Shown: one piece after another, positions 1 to 8,860 of the stretch
Layout of the letters: each line of letters opens with the position of its first letter
Numbering within the stretch: position 1 is the stretch's first letter
NCBI RefSeq assembly: GCF_017348835.2
Contig: NZ_CP071375.1
Reading direction: 5' to 3' (one strand)
DNA length: 64,000 nt
Source of the DNA: Escherichia coli
GTDB lineage: Bacteria > Pseudomonadota > Gammaproteobacteria > Enterobacterales > Enterobacteriaceae
Position numbers and translations under genes: made by a program
Notes under the pieces: model-generated
Database searches by the model: none
The model's input: only the letters and a program-made list of their open reading frames with translations
What the model was told of the DNA's origin: nothing

Positions 1-497
1 AAATCTGGACCATTCCCGCCACAAGGGAAACAATTGAGAAAGTCCGTTTCTCTGGCCGTGGCGCAAAAATGCGTACTCCACATATTGTGCCACTTTCCCG
101 ACAGGCTATTGCCATTCTGAAGCAGATACAGGATATCTCAGGTCATCTGGATCTGGTGTTCCCCGGTGATCATAATCTCTATAAGCCAATGAGTGAAAAC
201 ACCACCAACCGGGCACTGCGGTTAATGGGCTATAACACAAAAACCGATGTGTGTGGTCATGGCTTTCGGGCAATGGCCTGTAGCGCGCTGGTGGAATCCG
301 AACTCTGGTCACGGGATGCCGTGGAGCGGCAGATGAGCCATCAGGAGCGCAACAGTGTGCGGGCGGCATATATCCATCGTGCTGAACATCTTGATGCCCG
401 TAAAGCCATGATGCAGTGGTGGTCGGATTATCTGGACGTGAGCCGCGAGGGGTACGTTGCGCCTTATATTTATGCGCGGCGGCATAAGGCGGCCTGA
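1..497 (+). CDS. P4-type tyrosine integrase, C-terminal catalytic portion (partial; 5-prime end outside window)
   Basis: Reading frame is open from the window edge to the stop at 497. C-terminal motifs HGFRAMACS, RAAYIHRAEH and MMQWWSDYLD are typical of P4/CP4-57 IntA-family integrases. Confidence 0.8.
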   Translation, partial: IWTIPATRETIEKVRFSGRGAKMRTPHIVPLSRQAIAILKQIQDISGHLDLVFPGDHNLYKPMSENTTNRALRLMGYNTKTDVCGHGFRAMACSALVESELWSRDAVERQMSHQERNSVRAAYIHRAEHLDARKAMMQWWSDYLDVSREGYVAPYIYARRHKAA

Positions 498-528
498 GCC
501 AGTCATTGCGTAATTTTCTGATAATGGA

Positions 529-566
529 AAAGCAGATCCTGATTGAATTCGGATCTGCTTTTTACA
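529..566 (+). terminator. Intrinsic terminator downstream of the integrase fragment
   Basis: 10-bp stem aagcagatcc/ggatctgctt with 11-nt loop followed by a T-run. Confidence 0.5.
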
Positions 567-888
567 TTAGACAATCTGCACCAGAAACTGATTTACCGGT
601 ACGCCATAACTGCACCAGTTCAATGCCACCGTTTACCTGCGCCAGTCTGCCGTCGCCCATTTATATCAGGACTGCGCCAGATACCATCGGATAAACATCG
701 ATCTGCGCCAGCTTTAGCCTTTTAAGCCCTTTGGCCTTTTCCGGTCTGGCGCTGTTACCCTTAGCCGCCCTTTACCTTTATCTGGCCTTTTTCTGGCGCA
801 ATGATCAGAAAAATACCGTAATGCTGCACCAGAATCCTGTTAATAGGCTATACCGTTCGTAAGCACCGTTATTAAGGGGAAACCGTAC

Positions 889-914
889 AAAAAATTTCTA
901 CGTAGAAATTTTTT
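889..914. repeat. Perfect 26-bp palindrome aaaaaatttctacgtagaaatttttt
   Basis: Read directly from the sequence; shares the arm gtacaaaaaattt with the palindrome at 3391-3426 on the other side of the IS66 element. Confidence 0.6.
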
Positions 915-1062
915 CGGTGGATAACGATGAATAAAGGGTATTTTATAATATGACGACTATCAAAAATCGTTCGCTCAAACATAATTCATTGATTTATCGT
1001 AACGTTCCGGTGAACTCACATTGACGGCGCTGACCGGTTCTGCATTCCGCAGTTCGTCCCGG

Positions 1063-2601
1063 TCAGTTATTCAGGGGATTTTTCGCGAAGGGTAACAGTT
1101 CGTGCTGCCGCTCCTGCGGCCATACCGGCAGACGCTCCAGCACCTGTTTCAGCCAGCCATACGGCTCCATGCCGTTCAGCCGCGCTGTCTCCAGCAGGCT
1201 CATCACCGCTGCCGCACGATGCCCTGCCTGCAACGAGCCGGCAAACAGCCACGTATTCCGCCCCATCACCACCTGCCGGATCGCACGCTCACACCGGTTA
1301 TTGTCCAGTGGCAGCGCACCGTCATCCACGAACCGGCTCAGTTCCGTTTTGTGAGACAGTGCATATTTTATCGCCTTATGCAGCGCCGAACCCGGCGCGC
1401 ACCGCTGTTCCTGCGCCGTCAGCCACGACCACAGCGCATCCAGTTGCGGTTTCGCATACCGCTGTCGCCACTGCCGGCGCTTTTCCGGCGACCTGTGGCG
1501 GAGACTGTATAACCCGTGGATCATCTTCAGCGCCGTTCCGGCATGGGGATCGCGGTTCGCCTTATATAACGCTACGAAGCCGCGCCGCGCGTGCGCCCAA
1601 CAGCCTGCGTTGATGATACTGCCACCGTTTTTCAGCGAGTGATACGCCGCGTAGCCATCTGTCACCAGAGTCCCGCTCCAGCCCGACAGCCACGCTTCAG
1701 AATAACGCGCCGCCCGTCCGGGCTGACAGTCGAAGCAGACCACGCTGTCGCCCGTGGCTTCGCCGCTGGCATACGCCCACAGATAACCGTTCTGCACTTT
1801 CCCGCCTTTCTTCGTGTTCAGGATTTGCAGCGGCGTTTCATCCGCATGAAGCACCGGGCGGCTTAACAGTTCCGTGCGCAGCAGCTCCGCCAGCGGCATC
1901 AGCCAGACGCAGGCCGCGCCCACCCATCCGGCCAGCGTGCTCACCGGCAGCTCCACTCCGGCGCGGGCGAACACCTGCTGCTGGTGATACAGCGGCTGAC
2001 GGTCGCAGAACTTGCTGACCAGCACCTGCGCCACCAGGCCCGGCTCCGGGATGCCCTTCGGGATAATCCGTGCGGGCAGACGGCCTGAGACCACGCACTG
2101 GCAGCCGTCGCAGCCGTACTGCGGGCGGACATAACGCTTCACCACGAACTGCGCGGGGATGTAGTCCAGCCGCTCACTGATTTCATCACGGATATGGCGC
2201 AGCGGCTGGCCGCAGTCCGGACAGGCGCAGGCGTCAGGTCTGATAACCGTTTCTTCGCGTGGCAGGTGCGCCGGCAGCGGTTTGCGGGCAGGACGGGCTT
2301 TTTTCTCTTCCGGCTCCGGTAGCAGACGCGTAAGCTGCGTTTCAGCAGAAGCGATATCCGCGTCGGCATCTTCTTCGAACAGGGAACGCTGTAAGCCGCT
2401 GAAGGATTCGGCATGACGGCCAAAACGCTGCTGGCGGGCCAGCATCAGGGCTTCTTTCAGCAGATGTATCTGGTGATCTTTTTTGTGGCTTTCTTCCAGG
2501 AGGGATAACGCCAGCTTACGCAGCGTGTCGGGGTCGTTGGTGGAGAGAAGCGCGGTGATATCCATGCCGGGTATTATACGCTTTCCGGTACGGATATTCA
2601 T
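1063..2601 (-). CDS. IS66-family transposase TnpC
   Basis: 512-aa ORF with Cys-rich zinc-finger region (CPDCG...CDGCQ) and IS66 transposase core. Confidence 0.85.
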   Translation of the reverse strand: MNIRTGKRIIPGMDITALLSTNDPDTLRKLALSLLEESHKKDHQIHLLKEALMLARQQRFGRHAESFSGLQRSLFEEDADADIASAETQLTRLLPEPEEKKARPARKPLPAHLPREETVIRPDACACPDCGQPLRHIRDEISERLDYIPAQFVVKRYVRPQYGCDGCQCVVSGRLPARIIPKGIPEPGLVAQVLVSKFCDRQPLYHQQQVFARAGVELPVSTLAGWVGAACVWLMPLAELLRTELLSRPVLHADETPLQILNTKKGGKVQNGYLWAYASGEATGDSVVCFDCQPGRAARYSEAWLSGWSGTLVTDGYAAYHSLKNGGSIINAGCWAHARRGFVALYKANRDPHAGTALKMIHGLYSLRHRSPEKRRQWRQRYAKPQLDALWSWLTAQEQRCAPGSALHKAIKYALSHKTELSRFVDDGALPLDNNRCERAIRQVVMGRNTWLFAGSLQAGHRAAAVMSLLETARLNGMEPYGWLKQVLERLPVWPQERQHELLPFAKNPLNN

Positions 2602-2607
2602 TTAAAA

Positions 2608-2964
2608 TCATTGCATTAGTAACGTGCATGATGCCCATTTTGTCAGGTCATGACCGGACATTTTCTGCCAGTCGATGCCGGAGACGAGCCAGTCAAACTG
2701 TTCCGGGGTGAGTGACCATGTGCTGTCGCCGTCACGCGGCCAGGTGAAACGCCCCCGGTGCAGGCGGCGGGAGCAGAGCCAGACGCCATGTTTATCCCAC
2801 CGCAGCAGTTTGATGCGGGTGCGGTTTTTATTGGTGAAGAGGAAGGCGGCGCCGTTATGCCAGGGCATGCAGAGTGAGTTCTGCACATACATCGTGAGGA
2901 CATCAATACCGCAGCGCATATCGACGGGATGGCGGACGAGGAAGAGGCGCTCAGGCTTCAGCAT
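2608..2964 (-). CDS. IS66-family TnpB-like protein
   Basis: 118-aa ORF with the typical IS66 orfB signature (LFLVRHPVDMRCGIDVL...). Confidence 0.75.
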   Translation of the reverse strand: MLKPERLFLVRHPVDMRCGIDVLTMYVQNSLCMPWHNGAAFLFTNKNRTRIKLLRWDKHGVWLCSRRLHRGRFTWPRDGDSTWSLTPEQFDWLVSGIDWQKMSGHDLTKWASCTLLMQ

Positions 2965-3262
2965 GTTTCACCGCCCGGAGAACGTCAGGAAGTTGAGCGG
3001 GAAGGCAGTCAATACGACAACCGCCGGGAAGATGGAGGGTGATGACGCCACCGGCTGGCGCGGGTTCAGGTGATGGCTGAATACAGACGGGCAGCAGTAC
3101 GGGGTGCTCAGCAACAGAGACGCCGTCATCCGGCAGGCGAAGCCATTCGTGAAAAGCATGTGAAGGAAGGCCGTGGAGGCGACAATACTGAAGCCGGGTA
3201 AGGCCGCTGGCGCGCCAGTCACGGACATGCTGAATTTTTTGCGTGGTGGAGTGGGTGGTCAT
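2951..3262 (-). CDS. IS66-family accessory protein TnpA-like
   Basis: First small ORF of the IS66 module, overlapping the start of the next ORF. Confidence 0.65.
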   Translation of the reverse strand: MTTHSTTQKIQHVRDWRASGLTRLQYCRLHGLPSHAFHEWLRLPDDGVSVAEHPVLLPVCIQPSPEPAPAGGVITLHLPGGCRIDCLPAQLPDVLRAVKHAEA

Positions 3263-3390
3263 GTTTTTATCTCACGGAATAAACATGACCACGATGCTAC
3301 AGGGCTGAAAAAATTTGAAAATGTGAGTTCACCGGAACGTTACAATTTAATAGTTGATGATTATTGATTTTGTCAGTGTTGATAGGAAAG

Positions 3391-3426
3391 CGTACAAAAA
3401 ATTTTGCCCCCAAAATTTTTTGTACG
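3391..3426. repeat. Palindromic site-like repeat: 15-bp inverted arms cgtacaaaaaatttt / aaaattttttgtacg around 6-bp spacer gccccc
   Basis: Read directly; lies about 110 bp downstream of the recombinase gene, surrounded by iterated ttttgcccc and ccgatg(g)ataa motifs (3400-3515). Confidence 0.6.
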
Positions 3427-3535
3427 AAAACCGATGAATAACCCGGGATTAATAGGAAACCACCCCAAATTATTTGCCCCAAATAATTTTGCCCGAAAAC
3501 CGATGGATAACGCGATCTTTTCAAGGCAACGGCTA

Positions 3536-4420
3536 TCAGTCAGTATCCCTTCGCCCGTAAACCTGCGCCACATACCGCCCGCGCCCGTCGCCGTGGCCCA
3601 AATCCATCGACGTCATCGCCAGCGCTTCCTTCTCACAAAATCCCTGCGCCAGATAATGACGAATGGCATCCTGCGCCCATGCGTAGCGCAACGAGTGCGG
3701 GGAATATGCGCCCGTTAAGCCAAGACGTGACGCCTGACTGTGCCAGTATTTCATCGCGCTTTTCAGATCCGGCTTATCTATCAGTCTGCCGTGACGATCT
3801 TCTGCCACCGCCAGCGCATTATCCAGCGCGTTTCTGACAGCAACAGCATCAATAATAATTGTCTCACGGGGTCGCCCGCCTTTGGTGCCGAACACCACGG
3901 TTAAGCGAGTGTCACCAAGATCCAGCGCCTGCCGCCACGTTTTCAGCGATTGTGCGCTTTGTACCGCCTCCTGCGAACGTAATCCCATCAGCCTTGAGAG
4001 TTCCAGCGTTGCCGCCAGCCCCGGATCTTTTGCGCGGGCGGTTTCCAGCACATGGCGGTAATGCTCCGGCGTGATGGCCCGCTTCGTACCGTTACGGGAT
4101 GCGCCAGACAGGCCCAGCGAGCGGTTATTCAGTCGCTCACTCTGCGCCAGCCTGTCACGCCCGGCCTGTTTCAGAATGCAGCGCACCGCCGCCATCTCAT
4201 TTTGCAGGGAACGCTTCGTGATACCCTGCGCCAGTCGTTCACGAACATATCCCTCAATATACCGCGCCTTAAGCTGCTCCACCCGGCGGATCTGCACATT
4301 CTGTGCCAGAACCAGACGCTCACAAAACCGCTGCACCAGCTTAATACGGTCGTGAACGGTCTTATGGCTGCCGCCCGCCTGCTGTGCCAGTCGCTTCATT
4401 TCCTGCTCCAGAATCCCCAT
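3536..4420 (-). CDS. Short tyrosine site-specific recombinase (phage-integrase family, Xer-like size)
   Basis: 294 aa; catalytic-type residues in RLMGLRSQE (Arg), HSLRYAWAQ (H-x-x-R) and C-terminal GRGRYVAQVYG (Tyr). Confidence 0.7.
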   Translation of the reverse strand: MGILEQEMKRLAQQAGGSHKTVHDRIKLVQRFCERLVLAQNVQIRRVEQLKARYIEGYVRERLAQGITKRSLQNEMAAVRCILKQAGRDRLAQSERLNNRSLGLSGASRNGTKRAITPEHYRHVLETARAKDPGLAATLELSRLMGLRSQEAVQSAQSLKTWRQALDLGDTRLTVVFGTKGGRPRETIIIDAVAVRNALDNALAVAEDRHGRLIDKPDLKSAMKYWHSQASRLGLTGAYSPHSLRYAWAQDAIRHYLAQGFCEKEALAMTSMDLGHGDGRGRYVAQVYGRRDTD

Positions 4421-5046
4421 ACATTCCCCCTTTCATGATTGCCGCAAACTCATCCCCAAAAACTCAACACTGATACAGCGTTCCCCGGCGCACAGGCCGA
4501 TAGCCCCTGAGTTTTGTCGGGGCTGCGAACGATACCTGAGCGCCGGGGCGGCAGCCGTTGAGGTGTGGTGGGGCTTCGGTTGTGCTCTCAGAGCAGCCGC
4601 CCGCTTGCGCGGGTCATCCCCCGGATCGTCCAGATCCGCCTCGGTATCGGTTCATGTTCTCCTTATGGGTAAATGGCCTGAAAAGGCGGTGTCAGAATCC
4701 AGCCATGAGCTGGCGCAGTTGAGTTTTCTGGTGCAGGTCGAAAGGGCTTGCGTGCGTCACTTTCCCGCTTTGCGCGGTTAAAGTGACGCACGGATCTGGT
4801 GCAGCATCTGAGATTTATCGTCTGGTGCAGTTTTACGGTCACGCGGCAGCAAAGCCTGACGGCAATGCAGGCCGCAGCCCGTAAGGTAAAAGGCGCTGAG
4901 GGTGTCAGCAGATGCAGGTTAGCCGGGAGAATTCCGGCGCGGTGCAGATTCAGACCAGCAGGCTGGCGAAGTAAAAGGATGTATCGTATTAAAACTCTGG
5001 CCTCCGTCGCGATGTTCTGCGACCCGGTGTTTGCAGAGGTCTGCAC

Positions 5047-5195
5047 CGGTAAACGGATCGACCGTCCTGATAACAGGCGCTTCTTTCAGGTTGTGAAGCG
5101 TTGGGCGCTGTCTACGACAGCATAGAGCAAGGGGGAGACTACGCCTGTGCCGCTGGCGCGGAAAGGAGAAACTGTTTTTACCTGCAAAAGGATTT
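5047..5195. repeat. Imperfect direct repeat, copy A, flanking the toxin-antitoxin cassette
   Basis: Shares ccggtaaa...ccgtcctgata.caggcgcttctttcaggt...tgaagc and gaaactg.ttt..c.g..aaaggatt with 6016-6147. Confidence 0.5.
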
Positions 5196-5212
5196 TTTAA
5201 TCACTTGTTGTT

Positions 5213-5248
5213 ATAAAAAATGAGGGCGCTGTATGTGACAGCGCCCTC
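5213..5248 (-). terminator. Intrinsic terminator downstream of the toxin gene
   Basis: Stem gagggcgctgt/acagcgccctc; on the minus strand it is followed by a U-run. Confidence 0.55.
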
Positions 5249-5269
5249 GTTCAGGTTACATAAAAAATA

Positions 5270-5602
5270 TCAGCTCAGAATAGCTTCCAGTCGAGCCAGC
5301 ACCTCATTCACGACAGCATCGGGTATACGTTCCAGCCGCTTACCGCTCCGAGCTCCCATATCAATGGTTCTGGGCTGGTCGCAGCGAATAACGCCCGTTG
5401 TTTTTGTTCCCGCCCCGTCCAGTGAAACGGTAAAACCGGCTTCGCGGGCAAAGTTTCCGCCGCTGGTGACAGGGACAACAACAGGCAACCGGGTGAACGT
5501 GTTAAACGATGCCTTCGATACGATGAGTACCGGACGTTTTCCACTTTGTTCATGGCCAGTGGTGGGATCCAGTGAAACGAGCCAGATTTCTCCTCTGTCC
5601 AT
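5270..5602 (-). CDS. PemK/MazF-family endoribonuclease toxin (ChpB-like)
   Basis: 110 aa; GEIWLVSLDPTTGHEQSGKRPVLIVS and GGNFAREAGF resemble ChpB/MazF. Confidence 0.85.
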   Translation of the reverse strand: MDRGEIWLVSLDPTTGHEQSGKRPVLIVSKASFNTFTRLPVVVPVTSGGNFAREAGFTVSLDGAGTKTTGVIRCDQPRTIDMGARSGKRLERIPDAVVNEVLARLEAILS

Positions 5603-5860
5603 CTACAGGATCTCCTTGCCCACCGCAGGCGCATCAATCCATTCCCGACCCTCTTCGCTTATTTCAGCGTGCGGATCGCACTGCGCCAACAGTTCTTCGA
5701 GCGAATAGCGGGGACGTTTTTGAGGTTCAATAATCAGGCAGCCATCATCAATGGTCATGCCCACTTCGCTGTCCGTCGACAGCCCTAGCGTTTTCAGCAC
5801 GGCGGGGGGAACCGCCAGCATGACGGATCCGCCAACCTTTTTCAGGCGAGTGGTATACAT
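5603..5860 (-). CDS. MazE/ChpS-like antitoxin
   Basis: ATG at 5858-5860 with GAGGTG just upstream; 85 aa; RYSLEELLAQCD motif as in ChpS; stop abuts the toxin start. The longer ORF-track call (to 6013) is taken as an upstream extension. Confidence 0.8.
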   Translation of the reverse strand: MYTTRLKKVGGSVMLAVPPAVLKTLGLSTDSEVGMTIDDGCLIIEPQKRPRYSLEELLAQCDPHAEISEEGREWIDAPAVGKEIL

Positions 5861-6015
5861 AGAGCACCTCCAGATATTATATTTTAATATAACATCTACG
5901 GCAGACGATGCACAACTATTCATCAGGTTCATTGTGGTTTCCTTAGTGTAATAAAGCGTGAAGAAAGCCTTAATCCATCGGAAGACAGATCCGGCAGTTT
6001 TCAAAGGCGACATTG

Positions 6016-6147
6016 CCGGTAAAAGGGCAACCGTCCTGATACATCAGGCGCTTCTTTCAGGTCATGAAGCATTTCGTACAGGCGGGAGCTTAGTGCGTAA
6101 CAAAGAAGGCCGATAATAGGAAACTGCTTTTGCAGTTCAAAGGATTA
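6016..6147. repeat. Imperfect direct repeat, copy B, flanking the toxin-antitoxin cassette
   Basis: Homologous to 5047-5195; contains palindrome cctgatacatcagg. Confidence 0.5.
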
Positions 6148-6208
6148 TGACGGTTCGGATAAACAAAATGCGGCGCAGCTTCCGTATCCGGGCTGCGCCG
6201 CAGGAACA

Positions 6209-6415
6209 TCAGCGGTAGCGCGAAGGCCAGATTTGCTCAGGCTTGAAGCCTAACGCTTCGGCAATTAACCTTTCGCCTTTGGGCCAGCGGCGGGTAAGCG
6301 CATTAGCCAGCGTGGAGGACGCCAGACCTGCCTGACGCGAAAGCGCTGACAGCGAAGTGCCTCGTTTTTTCAGCCCGGCGATAATGTCGGCAGGATGCCA
6401 GTCCTGCAGCATCAT
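6209..6415 (-). CDS. Ner/Nlp(SfsB)-family small DNA-binding protein
   Basis: 68 aa; WHPADIIAGLKKRGTSLSALSR...STLANAL...WPKGE...WPSRY matches the Ner/Nlp family. Confidence 0.8.
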   Translation of the reverse strand: MMLQDWHPADIIAGLKKRGTSLSALSRQAGLASSTLANALTRRWPKGERLIAEALGFKPEQIWPSRYR

Positions 6416-6873
6416 GCAGCCACCTCGTCGATAAACTTCACGCCGTCGGCGGTGCGGAGCCAGCGCGGGGCTTTCATTTCGGCGGCAAAATACCAGACCA
6501 GTTCACATAATAAGCCTGTTATCGTCTGCTCCACTTTTGGCTGCATCCCCTGCCCGATAAGAAGTTGCGCCAGCGTCAGTGAGTAATCACAAAGTAATTC
6601 TGCGTCGGGGACAAATCGGGGCATATCGGCAGGTAGAGCATCAACGGTCAGGCTGTCAGTCAGATGAGACGGGATGGGGTCGTTCAGCGTGGGTTGCAGC
6701 AAAGTGAGACAGGCGGCAAGTCGCCCGCAAAGCGCCAGCCGCAGCACCGGATCTTCGCTTTCGATCAGGGTTTCGGCGACGTTTTCGCAGTGGTCTGCCA
6801 GTACGGTAAAATCTGTGGCAGCACTGAAGGGAACAGCAAGTAACGGGTGTGTCTGAGTGGGGATCGTAGCCAT
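6412..6873 (-). CDS. Hypothetical protein, 4-bp overlap with the Ner-like gene
   Basis: 153-aa ORF with high GC and no motif I recognise; the overlap suggests an operon with the Ner-like gene. Confidence 0.5.
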   Translation of the reverse strand: MATIPTQTHPLLAVPFSAATDFTVLADHCENVAETLIESEDPVLRLALCGRLAACLTLLQPTLNDPIPSHLTDSLTVDALPADMPRFVPDAELLCDYSLTLAQLLIGQGMQPKVEQTITGLLCELVWYFAAEMKAPRWLRTADGVKFIDEVAA

Positions 6874-7035
6874 AAAGGCAGCCTCCAGTATGTGGTTTGA
6901 AAACCACCACCAGAGGTTCCAATCTCATGGGTGGTGGACTGAACGAGGTTGGAACTACCGGCCATACTGGAACCGGCGCACCTTACGGTGCCCCCGCCCA
7001 GCCCACCATAATTTTGGTGTAGCTAAGCGCGCGAC

Positions 7036-7058
7036 ATAAAAAAAGACGCAGACGCGTC
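7036..7058 (-). terminator. Possible intrinsic terminator for the AT-rich two-gene operon
   Basis: Minus-strand hairpin gacgc-gtct-gcgtc followed by a 7-nt U-run, about 190 bp downstream of the 534-aa ORF. Confidence 0.4.
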
Positions 7059-7243
7059 ACGTGTCGCCAGTATGGTTATATTTCGGGGTTCCAATCCCGG
7101 CACCTGATTTTGCAGGTGCGGGTAAAAGATACCGCTTTCGGTTGAAAACGGCAAGGGGAAGTCGTGGAATAGAGATCGCAGATTGTTATAAATATACACA
7201 ATAGTTAATGTTAACAAAGACGGCACATATATTAACTTTACTC

Positions 7244-8848
7244 TCAATCTGCTGAATAGTTTATCGCATGTAATTCTCGGGTCATATAGTGGATACCCTC
7301 CTTCTTTTCTTTCATCCCCTCTTGCCTCACCATAAAAGCAAACGAAAAAATTGCTGAACGAGTTATCTGAAGTAAATGCTCAAAATGGTGAATAAAATCA
7401 CTTTCTTTGATAAAAAGAATATCTTCTATTAGTTGATAAGATTCGTAAATGTCCTCAGGTTTATCACTTTTATGTACAACTAAAAACTTATGCTCTAAAC
7501 CATTGCGCCATTCTTTATAGAAAGCCAACTCCCCACCCTTATCTTTATTCAGGTCGGTAGCAATACTGTACAGCGCCAGAAGCCCTGGTGATTTTACCTT
7601 TTCAAATAATTGTCTTCTGTTATCAACATCTAACTGCCAGAAATTCTGAAAATAGATATTCTTCTGAGATGTACCTTTTTTTGTTGTTGGGTAAAGATTA
7701 TAAAGTTCACATATGGCTACCGCAATTTTATCAAGAATACCAAAGCAAAGACGAAATGCCGTCCTGATTTTTTCAATTTCTATTCCTAAAACTTCGTCAT
7801 TATACAATTCCAGAAAATGGCTTTCGTACTTAATGTAATCCGTATTTTGTGGATGAAGATAATCAAAATAAAGATGGCGTGCGAGTGAAAACTCCGATTT
7901 AAGGCGATTTAATACCATCTCCATGGGAATGATAAAATCACCTGTTACACCGCCTCGCGAAGCAATCACAAGATCATCTGTAGCACTCCCTACACATGGG
8001 CAATACAGGCCATGTTCTGATAAAGTCAGATGATTTCTAAGACAAAACTGTCGATATGGGCTTAACGCTTCGAACTCTTGTTGTGTAAGTGCTTCATCGT
8101 GTTCGTCAGTTTCATCATCAACAGCATATTCTGCGATTTTCTCGTTAGTCTGCGCTATGCGTTCTAAATAGAACGATTCCCATTGTGGTGGGATATTTTT
8201 TGATACAGACGCTTTAATATATCCTGCTCTCACTTCTTTTAGTAACTTGATTGAAAATGAAGATGAAATAAGATTGAGGACCATAAGTGACATCGAACGG
8301 TTGACCCAAGCCTGTGGTATATCTAATCCCTTAAGATTGGTAAGATCATAATATCTCAATGACTCACTGAGCCGAAATTGACTTCTTAATGAATTAGCCA
8401 AATTAACAGATAGTTCAGCCTGAAATTCCTCCTGCTCCTCAGCAGATAGCTTAAAAGAACGCCAGTAGATATTTTTTAAGGAAACCAATTCTTCTATCGA
8501 TTTGAATGTATGGTCATTGGGGTTAGTAATGCTCACCAGATTAGATAGCGCATTACCATAGTTATAATAGTAAAGGCACTCTCCTAACACTGATATAAAT
8601 GCTTCTTTGTTATCTTCCATCAGGTTGCAACCAAGCTCTGACGCATTTTTATTATTTTGCATCTGCCCGATGTCAACAAGAGCACCCGCAATGTTCGCCA
8701 ATACTATAAAGTAGTTATCGTTCCTGATTGTTATTCTTTCCAGTTTGTTCAGGAACGCAACTGACTGTTGATAAGATTCGTCAAATCTTCCAATATCAAC
8801 CAGTTGGCTAATGAAATTACTTTCATCGACAAGTTCTTTTGTTATCAA
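7244..8848 (-). CDS. Large hypothetical protein with C-terminal HEPN-like motif (candidate RNase effector)
   Basis: 534 aa, strongly AT-rich coding sequence, TTG start 12 nt after the upstream gene's stop. C-terminal EWRNGLEH fits the HEPN R-x4-H motif. Confidence 0.6.
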   Translation of the reverse strand: MITKELVDESNFISQLVDIGRFDESYQQSVAFLNKLERITIRNDNYFIVLANIAGALVDIGQMQNNKNASELGCNLMEDNKEAFISVLGECLYYYNYGNALSNLVSITNPNDHTFKSIEELVSLKNIYWRSFKLSAEEQEEFQAELSVNLANSLRSQFRLSESLRYYDLTNLKGLDIPQAWVNRSMSLMVLNLISSSFSIKLLKEVRAGYIKASVSKNIPPQWESFYLERIAQTNEKIAEYAVDDETDEHDEALTQQEFEALSPYRQFCLRNHLTLSEHGLYCPCVGSATDDLVIASRGGVTGDFIIPMEMVLNRLKSEFSLARHLYFDYLHPQNTDYIKYESHFLELYNDEVLGIEIEKIRTAFRLCFGILDKIAVAICELYNLYPTTKKGTSQKNIYFQNFWQLDVDNRRQLFEKVKSPGLLALYSIATDLNKDKGGELAFYKEWRNGLEHKFLVVHKSDKPEDIYESYQLIEDILFIKESDFIHHFEHLLQITRSAIFSFAFMVRQEGMKEKKEGIHYMTRELHAINYSAD

Positions 8849-8860
8849 AATAAATTTTCC

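Larger units (their letters stand above)
999..3343 (-). mobile_element. IS66-family insertion sequence (three-ORF tnpA-tnpB-tnpC organisation)
   Basis: 24-bp terminal inverted repeats gtaacgttccggtgaactcacatt at 999-1022 and its reverse complement at 3320-3343, starting with GTAA as is typical of IS66; three minus-strand ORFs of about 103, 118 and 512 aa. No clean 8-bp target duplication seen. Confidence 0.8.

Noticed and set aside
106-506. Minus-strand ORFs 106-369 and 309-506 overlapping the integrase fragment
   Set aside because: They are antisense to a well-supported integrase frame, Pro/Arg-rich and without start context; treated as frame artefacts.
506-725. Small plus-strand ORFs 506-694 and 543-725 downstream of the integrase
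   Set aside because: They overlap the integrase terminator hairpin, have no ribosome-binding site and give low-complexity translations.
1067-2423. Multiple ORFs inside the IS66 transposase gene on both strands
   Set aside because: They are nested within the 512-aa TnpC frame and are typical GC-rich alternative-frame artefacts.
4563-5125. ORFs between the recombinase and the toxin gene, considered as a possible excisionase or small regulator
   Set aside because: Translations are low-complexity with no helix-turn-helix-like segment or start context; the region is better explained as intergenic DNA containing repeat copy A.
5603-6013. Extended 136-aa ORF-track call for the antitoxin
   Set aside because: The ChpS-like sequence begins at the internal Met (ATG at 5858-5860) with GAGGTG just upstream; the upstream extension has no similarity and would overlap the promoter region.
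6880-7130. Possible tRNA-like or small-RNA gene suggested by ggttccaatc motifs and the ccaccacc/ggtggtgg stem
   Set aside because: I could not fold a canonical cloverleaf and the T-loop-like sequence does not fit the consensus. The region is more simply the leader of the Ner-like operon and the 3-prime region of the AT-rich operon. Left as a low-priority structured region.
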